DNA of 62,814 bases, filler included, from Octopus bimaculoides (GCF_001194135.2; 8 parts of 7 records of this genome joined end to end with filler, not necessarily neighbours in it); one strand, 5' to 3'; positions 51,099 to 62,814 are shown, counted from the whole stretch's first letter. Numbers and translations are program-made. The notes: generated from the sequence alone by a model not told the origin.

Positions 51099-51100
<2 letters not shown>
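51024..51100 (-). mobile_element. L1/Tx1-like 3' end embedded in (GATA)n
   Basis: (GATA)n on both sides (about 50856-51005 and 51101-51183); homologous to 21471-21532. Confidence 0.6.
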
Positions 51101-51197
<97 letters not shown>

Positions 51198-51689
51198 GTA
51201 GACAGAGAGATAGATAGATAACTATATTACTAAGTATGTGGAAGTATATGAACGCTTATTATTAAAATGATTTGCGAAGCTTGAGGTGATAGGCTTAGGA
51301 ATAAAATAGGAAAATTAGAGTGAATCTATAGAAAGACGTGTAATAGTTCCATGGATACGTGTCTTTTATTGTTGATACGATTTCTATAATTAAGATCTTT
51401 ACTGAGATACAAGTGGAAATGATTATTGTAATTAGTCTAAGATGACGATTAGTGGAGACTAACGTTATAGTGATTCTATTTGTGAATATGTTGGAAATGC
51501 AGATGCGTTTATGAAGACGACTGTGACGGATATCGTGTCAGTAGAGAAGCTGTGGACATTGAAGACTTACTGGTGGATATGGCCATAGTTATAAGGGATT
51601 AATGCGTTTTGGGTACATTAGAAGATTATAGCAAAAGTTGGCACGTTTTCTTATTTTCTATCTATTACGTGTTTCAGTTATTGTATTAT

Positions 51690-52008
51690 GGCAATGTGGT
51701 TAAAAAGCTTGCATTGTAACCACGTGGATCCGGGTTCAGTCCCACTGCGCAACAACTTAAGCAAGTGTCTCCTATTGTAGCCCCTGGCCGACCAATGCCT
51801 TGTGAGTAACTGAGACTGACAACCAGTGTTGGTTTATTTGCATCCCCGTAACTTTATGGTTCAGCGCACGCTACCGATAGGTTATGTATCAGCCTTAAAA
51901 AAAATAATCGATACGTTCGATTTAAACTTTTCAATGCGCTTTCAAGGCCTTTCAAGGTGCCCCAGCATGGCCGAAGTCCACTGACAGAAACAAGAAAACG
52001 ATAAAAGA
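51690..52008 (+). mobile_element. SINE group A, old degenerate copy
   Basis: CCGGGTTCAGTCCCACTGCG..CCAGCATGGCCG. Confidence 0.8.
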
Positions 52009-52369
52009 CAATGCATCTAATAGTTTTAATAGAAGTAGTAACGCAAAATGCAACGAAGATAGTTCGCGTAGTAGTATTAGTGAGGTCTTTGTGAAGAATG
52101 GGGAAAAATGATGTGGCGGTGGTAGTTATGCTTGTAGTGAAGACGAACGAGGTCTTGTGTCACTAATCTTTATGATGTTCGTGCGGATTATTATTGTTCT
52201 TGTTCCATAGTTTAATGGAATTCGCTGGTGCTTTCGTTGAAGATAATGGTTTGCTGTTATGGTATTTCGCTCATTTGAAGTGGTTGTGTATAAAAGAAAG
52301 TTGATTAGAGATATCGCCGAGATGGTGTTGTTTTGAAGTGAACGAAGTGCTGGATGGCAGGGAGTTTCA

Positions 52370-53175
52370 CCGATGGTAACGAAGATGCCGGAGAAGTCCG
52401 TCGTGTTGTTGGTGGTGGTAATGGGGGTGGTGATGGTGTTGCTGGTGGTGGTGGTGGTGGTGGTGGTGGTGATGTTGGTGGTGGTGGCGGTGATGGTATT
52501 GGTGGTGCTGGTGCCTGTGGGAAGGGGATTTTTTGACATCAGTGATGGGAGTGGTGTAATGGAATGGGTGTTGGGGCGGGCGATAAAAGGATGCAGATGG
52601 TGTCTTTCATAAAAGATGGTAATGACGATGATGGTGGTGGTGGTGGTGGTAGTCGTGATGATGATGATGTCGATGATGAGGAGGAGGAGGAGGAAGAGAA
52701 CGACGACAATGATGATGATGATTACGATGACGATGAAGGTGATGATGACGATTATGATGACGATGATGACGATGATGGTGACGATGATGATGATGACGAT
52801 AATGATAATGATGAGGAGGATGACGACAACGACAATGATGATGATTACGATGACGATGAAGGTGATGATAATGATGACGTTGATGATGATGATGGTGAAG
52901 ATGATGATGATGACGATGATGACGACGTTGATGATGATGAGAAGGAGAAGGAAGAGGACGACGTCCACGACGATGAGGAGGACAACGAGGAGGAGGACGG
53001 GAGAACGATGAGGATGACGACGACGACGATGATGATGTTGGTGTGGAGGAAGATGATAATTGCGATGACGATGATGATGATGATGATGATGATGATGCTG
53101 ACGGCGACAACGACGTTGATGTTATGACGTTGATGAGGGTGACGAAGATAATGATGGTAACGGTGGTGGTGGTAG
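52370..53175. repeat. Long compound trinucleotide repeat (GGT/GAT/GAC/GAG)
   Basis: Directly visible; internal ~45-bp duplication near 52703 and 52822. Confidence 0.92.
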
Positions 53176-53468
53176 GGAGGCTTTACAGTGGTGATTAGTC
53201 GTAAACTAATTTTCTTTTATTAGTATAACTCCATCACACACACACACACACATCTCGGCAATGTCATATAAATACATTCAGTAGCTCAAAAAATGTATCA
53301 TACATTCGGTTGATTGTGTTGTTCCATTACAAATAAAGCCAAAATTTGAAACCTACACAGAATTTAGAATCATAGATTTAATGAGAGAAATGAGAGAACT
53401 GTTAACCAAAATAATCTAATAAAGAGTTAGAACAAGAACCAATGAAGATAAAAATCAAGTACAAAGTA

Positions 53469-53644
53469 TTTCTATATTTAAGAGATGAGGAATTATGTAC
53501 ATTATTTACATTTGACGGATATTTGTCCTCATCCTGTTTGTTGTTAACACAACGTTTCGGCTGATATACCCCCCCCCCAGCCTTCATCAGGTATCTTGGG
53601 GAAATTTCGAACCTGGGTTCTCATTCCTAAAGTATTTTTCGATG

Positions 53645-53715
<71 letters not shown>

Positions 53716-53896
53716 ATCACTGCTTGGAATCGAACTCGGAATAATACTAAAAACATCGAAAAATACTTTAGGAATGAGAGACCAGGTCTGAAATTTCCCC
53801 CAAGTCACCTGATGAAGGTTGGAGGGTATATCAGACGAAATGTTGTGTTAACAACAAACAAGTTGAGGACAAATATCCGTCAAATGTAAATAATGT
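53469..53896. mobile_element. Inverted-repeat non-autonomous element (PLE-type) with central (ATT)n, tRNA B box and hammerheads; 12-bp TSD-like flanks
   Basis: Arms 53498-53646 / 53752-53897; AAGTACAAAGTA at 53457-53468 and 53897-53908; B box GAGTTCGATTCC on the minus strand at 53726-53737. Confidence 0.85.
53546..53595 (-). ncRNA. Minimal type I hammerhead ribozyme motif (PLE-type)
   Basis: GATAC-CTGATGA-A-GGCTG[loop]CAGCC-GAAA-CG-TT^GTGTT; palindromic ACGT stem III; a mutated copy lies on the plus strand at 53804-53849. Confidence 0.72.
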
Positions 53897-54504
53897 AAGT
53901 ACAAAGTAGTTTAAAACCAGGAATGGGGATTTTATGAAAGAATACTTGACCCACGAAACATATGTACATCAGATGTACATAAAAATCAGGGTGCTTATAC
54001 AAGCTTTAAAGTCTATACTAGGTATTTCGCAGATTTAAGCACGCAAAGATGATCTTCTCTCTGTCGTACCCCTTAATGTGTATTAGGAACTCTGAATAAT
54101 TATAAAAAATGTACTGGGAGGAGACATGAGTGATTAGAACCGAAAGGAAGAAAAACCTCATAATTTAATATTAAGAAGTAAAGTCGCGTTTAACTTTCTA
54201 CTGCGGTAAATCTATTCACTGAGACCATCAGAGAATATATATATATATATGTGTATATATATATATATATATNNNNNNNNNNNNNNNNNNNNNNNNNNNN
54301 NNNNNNNNNNNNNNNNTTAATTAATTAANNNNNNNNNNNNNNNNNNNNNNNNNNNNNNNNNNNNNNNNNNNNATATATACACACACCGTGCGTGTGTCTA
54401 TGTGGCCCCACAAAATGACCATCCCAAAATATAGCAGCATCTGTTTAAACACACTATTTCACATTAGGAATCATACAACAAAAGTACACAGACATATGTG
54501 TGTG

Positions 54505-54537
<33 letters not shown>

Positions 54538-55529
54538 TTGAGTGTGTGTGTATACGTTTAACAAAATAGAGAAACAAGCTCAGTCCATTTGTAGGTGTTA
54601 CACGTGCTATTCAAAACCGATTGAATCGGTTCTGTGCTACTTCAAGTTTCACAGGTCTCCTAACGGGGCTCGAATCCTTCATCAAATTTAACCATTCAAC
54701 ATTTAAAAATTCCCTGCATTTCAATCTGAATTGAAAGATCTTTTCCACCCTGATGAAAGAATATAGATTTATCCAACTTGTATTTTGAGTAAAATATTTT
54801 TTTGTAATACATCCGCCAACGTCATGATGGATGCCCCCTCCCTCAGAAACAGCTGCTCATCTTATAATACCTTATCGCCTTCCCTTCTGTTTTCTTTGTC
54901 GTTTGCACTATGCAGTTAGACCTATTAATATATATATACCTATATATTAATTCTTAAATATTCATCGTCTCAAAAGCTTTTTTATTTTGGGGTTTACATA
55001 TAAACATATATATATTTTTTTATCAAATCCAAGGTGTTCTATCTAATTTTGTTATCCACATAGTTGTCTTCATATCTGCTCACCTAGATTGCTCTTATAG
55101 CTACTCGTGTAATTGGTCCCTCGTAAAGATGTAGGAGCCTAACTTCGAATAATTTGAACGCTACTGCTTTCCATANNNNNNNNNNNNNNNNNNNNNNNNN
55201 NNNNNNNNNNNNNNNNNNNNNNNNNNNNNNNNNNNNNNNNNNNNNNNNNNNNNNNNNNNNNNNNNNNNNNNNNNNNNNNNNNNNNNNNNNNNNNNNNNNN
55301 NNNNNNNNNNNNNNNNNNNNNNNNNNNNNNNNNNNNNNNNNNNNNNNNNNNNNNNNNNNNNNNNNNNNNNNNNNNNNNNNNNNNNNNNNNNNNNNNNNNN
55401 NNNNNNNNNNNNNNNNNNNNNNNNNNNNNNNNNNNNNNNNNNNNNNNNNNNNNNNNNNNNNNNNNNNNNNNNNNNNNNNNNNNNNNNNNNNNNNNNNNNN
55501 NNNNNNNNNNNNNNNNNNNNNNATATGTT

Positions 55530-56600
55530 GTGCGATAGAATAAGTACCAACAAAATTGGATCAACGTATTACTATATTCCTGATGGTTGACTTCAACTTC
55601 ACCAAAATCAGGAGGCCTGAGGGAATGGTGCACAAAGAACGAAAGCAAGCAGAATATCTTCTTGATCTTACGAAAATACTATTCATGGAGCAGATCATAT
55701 TCTCTCAAAACAGGCACAAAATTATAAGTGACCTCTGTTTTGCAATTAATGTGGAATTTATCCACACCGACAATATTCTCAGACCATAACATATGACAGA
55801 ACTGATAATGTATGGCCCGGAATTAACTAAAGATAAACTCCTCTCAGATCGTTCTCAGGCCCTATCCAGCCAACATTTCTATTAGGCTGACTGGAGGCCA
55901 CTTTAAAAACATACTCCTGCGTGCCTCTCTATGCAAGAAGCTTAATAAATTCATATCAACAATGCGAGCCATATGCATTAAATATGTCCCAGAAAAGATA
56001 GCCAATACACACAAAAACATCATTCCCCGAGATAGGAGAATTCTCATGGAGAGGAGAATAAAGATCTCGAAAGAAACACCTGAATGACCTTGGTATTACT
56101 GTGAAACTGGAAGAGTAGCTGCCTGATTTTCTGAAAGACAGGAGTCAGTCAGTTGTAGCCAATAGTCATTCTGAAGAGACACTAATTCTCAGCGGAGACC
56201 CACAGGGAACTGTGCTGCGGCCACTACTATTTGTGTTATCCCTCTCAGACATGCACCCCGCGCGGTACAGTCAGCCAATTTGATCATTTACGCTGACGAC
56301 ACAAAAGTGTCGCAGGCACTTAGGAACCCAGAGAACATCATAAAACTGCAGAAAGATCTGAATGAAAAATACAAATGGGCTAACAAAAGTAGCATGCAGT
56401 TTAATGCTATGAAATTTCAGGCACTCCACTATCGGTCCAACACGAAGCTAAAATTGAAATACACTGGACCAGAAGGTAATACGATCTCAGAGTCAGTGTC
56501 GGTGCGTGACCTGGGGGTTCACATGAGCAATGATGCAACATTCCATGTGCCTATTACCAAGATGGCAACACTGAGCAGGTGAGTGGTTGGATGGACATTC
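55530..56600 (+). mobile_element. CR1/L2-type LINE relic (APE endonuclease and RT fragments)
   Basis: IFLMVDFNF (GDFN), IISDLCF, FLKDRSQSVV, SGDPQGTVLRPLLF, IYADDTKV, LQKDL..KW, VRDLGV. Confidence 0.88.
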
Positions 56601-56624
56601 AGATCGAGGAAAAAGAAAGTGCTA

Positions 56625-56993
56625 CTTAATTAAGTTTCAGCTTAGAGCTGCGGCCTTGCTGATGCACTACCATGTTGCTACACTGTTATTACAGGGAGCC
56701 TCTTACAATATGTAACACTTGGTGAAGAATGGAGTTTGATTTAGCAACCCTCATTTGCACCTCCTGCCGTGAGGTAGGTTCATCTGGGACTCTCGATAGG
56801 AAGAGGTCCAGCTTTCATTTAAAAACTCCTACATCTACTTTGTGCAGATTCCACAGGCTCTTTGGGAGAATATTAAAAAGCTGTGGGCCCCTGAATCCCA
56901 AGCTGTTGCTGTAACTGGGCCTGACGCGCGATGGCATTGCTGATATCTTTGGCACTATGCAGTGTCGTCCCGTTCTGGCATTGGTGTAGCTTT
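56625..56993 (-). mobile_element. CR1-type LINE C-terminus and 3' tail, opposite orientation
   Basis: TGRHCIVPK..SLGFRGPQLFNILPKSL..FK*KLDLFLSRVPDEP..SNSILHQ, then the tail motif. Confidence 0.85.
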
Positions 56994-58550
56994 NNNNNNN
57001 NNNNNNNNNNNNNNNNNNNNNNNNNNNNNNNNNNNNNTTAATTAATTAANNNNNNNNNNNNNNNNNNNNNNNNNNNNNNNNNNNNNNNNNNNNTATATAT
57101 ATATATATATTTATATATTAACACGCGCACACACACACATATAATGTTTATATGTATATAATATAATTAAATATGTCATATATGAATAATGCAGGCATGT
57201 GTGTTTATCATATATCGCGGGGTGTTCATTCAACACATCGGCACTATTCATCTGAGAAGTGATTTCTATTTAACAACTAACAGCTAGGCGTATTTAATAG
57301 TTAATACAAGTACGTTTATTTTGACGATTTGTTATGAGAAGTGAACGTTTACATTGATCAGAGTTAAATTAACTTATAGCCTGTTCATTCTTTCCGTTTA
57401 TGTAAGGTGATTTTGCTAATATTTGCGGCTACTACTGCTGATACGCAAACTTTTGTGACTAAAATTCTTAAGCCGAATTCTATGACTGCTTTGTGACAAA
57501 TATACGTGTTATACCTGTAAATATTAGACTTGTTTTGATATTTAGCACATTATATTAGATGTTTTAAAGATGATGGGTTGTAATTTAAAGAAGATGCAGT
57601 TGATAATTCGAAATAATCTCTTTGTTGTTGCATGCTTTATTAGTTCTTGCTTATCAACGCGCCCGTCGTATATAGTAAAGGCATTATGTTTCGGAGCAAC
57701 ACCTGTGCACCATACTCATTGCATCTTTTATTCTGTTCTTCAAACATGCATATGTTTGAATATTTTCCAATTTTTGCCATGTAGTAAACTTGTGTTCTTA
57801 GTAGTATTTGTAAAGAATGTATGAATTTTACTTCTAGACAGAAATTAGCTGCCGGTATTCGAGTATTTTCTGCGATTCCAAAAGACGCTCTGCTATAGTG
57901 GGCTCAAAATATTGACAGAAAATAACAGCATGTTGCACTGAAAGTTTTAAAAAATTTGCCTTTTCTACTTGTTCCATTTAAACAGCTAAAGTATAATCAT
58001 TGTGAATTTAAATAAATCACTTATAGTTTGGCATAGAGAAAGCTGAATATTTCTCATTTGAAATTTTTCAGAAAGTTGTATAAAGTACAGGAAGGTCTCT
58101 TGGTATGCTTAATTACGTCCAGGGATATTAGAAATATTGTTTCAAGACATCAAAGCCAGGGTGATACTGACATGTTTTTAAACGATTAAGCTTGTGGTGA
58201 TGTGGAGAATGATTTCCAAAAACAATCATTCTTTGTGATTCTCAGAAAATAGGAACTTAATTTCAAAACCTTGAGAGTTAATTTCATATAATTTTTGTTC
58301 AATACAAAATTTATGGAGAATGCATTAAAATATTTTAAACTTATATATAGATTTTCAATGCTTGCATACTTCTATATCTATAGAAAGGATTAAATATCCC
58401 CTCTCAATGCCTTTGTGCCCCACAAAAACTTTAATTGCATTAGATAAGCTTCTGAAATTATTTTTACTCATTTACAAATCTTCTCTCATTAGAATTTATT
58501 CTCGATTTCTATAACTGTTATTCATCTTATAATATATTGCTTTCGTTTTA

Positions 58551-58765
58551 GGCTGTGAGCTGGAAGAAACGTTAGCACGCTAGGCGAACTGCTTAACGGT
58601 ATTTCGTCTGTCTTTACCTTCTGCGTTTAAATTCCGCTGAGGTAGACTTTGCCTTTCATCCTTTCGGGGTCGATAAATTAAATACCAATTGCGTACTGGG
58701 ATCGATCTAATCGACTGGCCCCTCCCAAAAAATTTCAGGCCTTCTGCTTAGAGTAGAAAAGAATA
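58551..58765 (+). mobile_element. Nin/Deu-domain SINE, full length, tail beta
   Basis: Head through GCCTTTCATCCTTTCGGGGTCGATAAA to AGAGTAGAAAAGAAT. Confidence 0.9.
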
Positions 58766-60012
58766 TATATTCTTTCCATAGAATTATATGGCAGAAGAAG
58801 CAGTTCACTTCCCCACTAATTCTGAAATTTTAAACGAAATATCTTCTTTTTCAGACACTCGCATAACAAGTAGGACAATCATTTTGACAGCAATTACATA
58901 ATTGTAGCTTAGGTATACTACAATAATATTTAAAACTGAGCAGATACATTTCAGTATCTTACAGTGAATAACTAATGCTGTATTTCTGTGGTTTTAGTCG
59001 CTTTTGTTCTATGATACGGCTAATTTTCATTGCAAAAATTTAATGCAAGAATATTTTGAATTCATTAGTAAAACTTCTCACATTCTCAACTAGTCACTCT
59101 ACCGAACTCTAATTTTGAAGAGGGAACAAAACTTGAAAACCCTCCAAATATTTAGGACAAACTCGACTCGTATAAATAAAACAAAACGGCGATATGCTAA
59201 CAATATCGCGTAATCCACTAGACTGTAGTCGAAAAAATTTCTTCGGTGGTGTCAATTTTATATTACTGTTCCTCAGATAATATATCATGTCCAGAGAATT
59301 TGATTAAAAAAATATAACATACGGCACTAAAAGTAAGTTATGTTGAAGGAACAGAATTAATAATGAAGGACTTTCTTGCTTCAAATTTAATATAAAAATA
59401 AATAGCAAATATAACCTGGAATTAAGTGTATGCTTAAAATGCTTATTTTCACATGTGGAATAAACATCAAGCAACTAAAGTGACATACACATCAAACATC
59501 CGACATACACCAACACACACAACATATACAAGCACTAACACACTCGCACAAAAACGGGCACACACGCGCGCTGGCGCGCAAGTTCACAAATACACAAGCA
59601 ATTATATATGCATGTTTGTTAACTAAGTGTGTGTGCGTGTGTGAAGGTGTATTCATTGCAGAAACTTCAGAATCTCTCTGTAGAAAATTATGCGATGATA
59701 CATATATGCACGTCCATACTTGTGAATAATGCAAATATCACACACAAATTTATATAATGCATATACATAGATGCCTATATAATACATGTACATATATGCA
59801 TAGATATACATATATATATATATANNNNNNNNNNNNNNNNNNNNNNNNNNNNNNNNNNNNNNNNNNNNNNNNNNNNNNNNNNNNNNNNNNNNNNNNNNNN
59901 NNNNNNNNNNNNNNNNNNNNNNNNNNNNNNTATATATCCATATATATGTGTGTATGTGTGTGCGTGTGTGTATATATATGTGTATATATATGCGTATATA
60001 TACATGTATATT

Positions 60013-60052
<40 letters not shown>

Positions 60053-60591
60053 GCACACACACATACACATCAAGTAATGATAATAGAAAGTACAACACTA
60101 ATTCAAATTTTCTTCTTTCTTTGTGTATGGATTATGCCTGAAACATACATACTGTACTTTCTCACTATCGAAAGAAACTTTAGTTCAAATAACCGACATT
60201 GCTAATCTGGGGCAAATTAAATAATTAAAGAATCGTGCAGCACACACATCTGCCGGCAACAGCTGCATTAATCCAATCCATATTTTCAGAAGACAAATAC
60301 AAGTGTATTAATTATTGCTGAAAGCCCTTTCGACGTCTATACATCAGTTAATCGGAAATTAGAGCTGAATAAAAGAGATTTAAAGGAGTAATTTCTCTTG
60401 CGTGGAACTCACATTGTTTTGTTGACAAAATACCCTGAGAACGGAACTGTTATATACAGACGAGAACTCATACAAATCTAGAATCTTGTGCATTCTCAGC
60501 ATATATTCGCTAAGAATCATACCCATTGTGTACAAACATTTGTGTAACGATGAAAACCTGCTAGAGGATCACGTTCATACCAGTACAATAG

Positions 60592-60643
<52 letters not shown>

Positions 60644-60811
60644 TGTGTAAATATGTGTGATTGTGTGTGTGTATGTGTGTAAACGCATGTGTGAGTATGT
60701 ATGCATATATANNNNNNNNNNNNNNNNNNNNNNNNNNNNNNNNNNNNNNNNNNNNTTAATTAATTAANNNNNNNNNNNNNNNNNNNNNNNNNNNNNNNNN
60801 NNNNNNNNNNN

Positions 60812-62814
60812 CGAACGAAAGTACGTACGTACGAACGAACGAAAGTACGTACGTACGAACAATCGAAAGTACGTACGAACGAACGAAAGTACGAACGAAC
60901 GAAAGTACGTACGTACGAACGAACGAAAGTACGTACGTAAGTACGAACGAAAGTACGAACGTACGTAAGTACGAACGAAAGTACGTACGTACGTAAGTAC
61001 GNNNNNNNNNNACGTAAGTACGAACGAAAGTACGAACGTACGTAAGTACGAACGAAAGTACGTACGTACGTAAGTACGAAAGTACGTACGTACGTAAGTA
61101 CGAAGGAACGAAAGTACGTAAGTACGAACAACGAAAGTACGTAAGTACGAACGAACGAAAGTACTTAAGTACGAAAGTACGTACGTAAGTACGAACGAAC
61201 GAAAGTACGTAGTACGTACGTAAGTACGAACGAACGAACGAAAGTACGTACGTACGTAAGTACGAACGAACGAAAGTACGTACGTAAGTACGAACGAACG
61301 AAAGTACGTACGTACGTAAGTACGAACGAACGAAAGTACGTAAGTACGAACGAAAGTACGAACGAACGAAAGTACGAACGAACGAAAGTACGTAAGTACG
61401 ATCGAACGAAAGTACGTAAGTACGAACGAACGACAGTATGTAAGTACGAACGAACGAAAGTACGTACGTAAGTACGAACGAACGAAAGTACGTACGTATG
61501 TACGTAAGTACGAACGAACGAAAGTACGTAAGTACGAACGAACGAAAGTACGTAAGTACGANNNNNNNNNNTACGTACGTACGTACGTAAATACGAACGA
61601 AATTACGTACGTAAGTACGAACGAACGAAAGTACGTACGTACGTACGAACGAACGAAAGTACGTCCGTAAGTACGAACGAACGAAAGGTCTACGTGCGTA
61701 CGTAAGTACGAACGAACGAAAGTACGTACGTAAGTACGAACGAACGAAAGTACGTACTACGTAAGTACGAACGAACGAAAGTACGTACGTACGTAAGTAC
61801 GAACGAACGAATGTACGNNNNNNNNNNNNNNNNNNNNNNNNNNNNNNNNNNNNNNNNNNNNNNNNNNNNNNNNNNNNNNNNNNGTAAGTACGAACGAACG
61901 AAAGTACGTACGTACGTAAGTACGAACGAACGAAAGTACGTACGTACGTAAGTACGAACGAACGAAAGTACGTACGTAAGTACGAACGAACGAAAGTACG
62001 TACGTACGTAAGTACGAATGAACGAAAGTACGTACGTACGAACGAACGAAAGTAGGTACGTACGAACGTAAGTACGTACGTACGAACGTAAGTACGTATG
62101 TACGAACGAACGAAAGTATGTACGTACGAACGAAAGTACGTACGTACGAACAATCGAAAATACGTACGAACGAACGAAAGTACGAACGAACGAAAGTACG
62201 TACGTACGAACGAACGAAAGTACGTACGAACGAAAGTACGTACGTAAGTACGAACGAAAGTACGAACGTACGTAAGTACGAACGAACGAAAGTACGTACG
62301 TAAGTACGAACGAACGAAAGTACGTACGTAAGTACGTACGAACGTAAGTACGAAGGAACGAAAGTACGAACAACGAAAGTACGTAAGTACGAACGAACGA
62401 AAGTACTTAAGTACGAACGAACGAAAGTACGTAGTGCGTACGTAAGTACGAACGAACGAACGAAAGTACGTACGTAAGTACGAACGAACGAAAGTACGTA
62501 AGTACGAACGAACGAAAGTACGTACGTACGTAAGTACGAACGAACGAAAGTACGTACGTAAGTACGAACGAACGAAAGTACGTACTACGTAAGTACGAAC
62601 GAACGAAAGTACGTACGTACGTAAGTACGAACGAACGAAAGTACGAACGAACGAAAGTACGTAAGTACGAACGAACGAACGAAAGTACGTAAGTACGAAC
62701 GAACGAAAGTACGTAAGTACGATCGAACGAAAGTACGTAAGCACGAACGAACGAAAGTATGTAAGTACGAACGAAAGTACGTAAGTACGAACGAACGAAA
62801 GTACGTACGAACGA
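60812..62814. repeat. CpG-rich complex satellite of 4-nt words ACGA, ACGT and AAGT; extends beyond the window
   Basis: Typical unit AAGT(ACGA)3 AAGT(ACGT)1-3. Confidence 0.97.

Noticed and set aside
52126-53127. Asp/Glu-rich and other low-complexity ORFs
   Set aside because: Several frames are open because of the trinucleotide repeat; no splice signals or non-repetitive domain
584-60205. Most ORF-track entries (YI, HT, CV, YLSI repeats and X-runs)
   Set aside because: Translations of microsatellites or N gaps
21577-60767. Recurrent TTAATTAATTAA motif
   Set aside because: Always centred in an exact 100-nt N gap; an assembly linker, not biology
60756-62744. 662-aa ORF (YFRSFVLTYVRT repeats)
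   Set aside because: The minus-strand words TCGT, ACGT and ACTT cannot form a stop codon in any frame, so the open frame is automatic; it also spans N gaps and ends in the linker

Overview
Eukaryotic, AT-rich and microsatellite-saturated non-coding DNA, probably intronic or intergenic. The repeat families look like those of an octopod cephalopod (inference). The draft assembly has many N gaps, seven of them with an artificial TTAATTAATTAA six-frame-stop linker. I found no confidently identifiable host protein-coding exon; almost all listed ORFs are microsatellite or N-gap artefacts. The window is a graveyard of mobile DNA: three tRNA-derived SINE groups in dozens of copies (group A, Nin/Deu-domain, Meta-like), a deleted mariner, two R4/Dong fragments, L1/Tx1, CR1 and HERO-like LINE fragments, hAT-type MITEs and Penelope-like (PLE) termini. 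There is also a tRNA-Gly pseudogene and a second tRNA-like Pol III unit. Most notable: (1) several unrelated minimal hammerhead-ribozyme motifs inside inverted-repeat PLE-type elements, one linked to a tRNA B box (a candidate ribozyme-bearing SINE); (2) two SINE-LINE 3' tail partnerships readable within the window; (3) a Tx1-like 3' end found twice at (GATA)n arrays; (4) a CpG-dense terminal satellite built from three 4-nt words with a simple grammar and a ~1.3 kb higher-order repeat. All alignments and folds were done by eye, so coordinates are approximate to a few bases.
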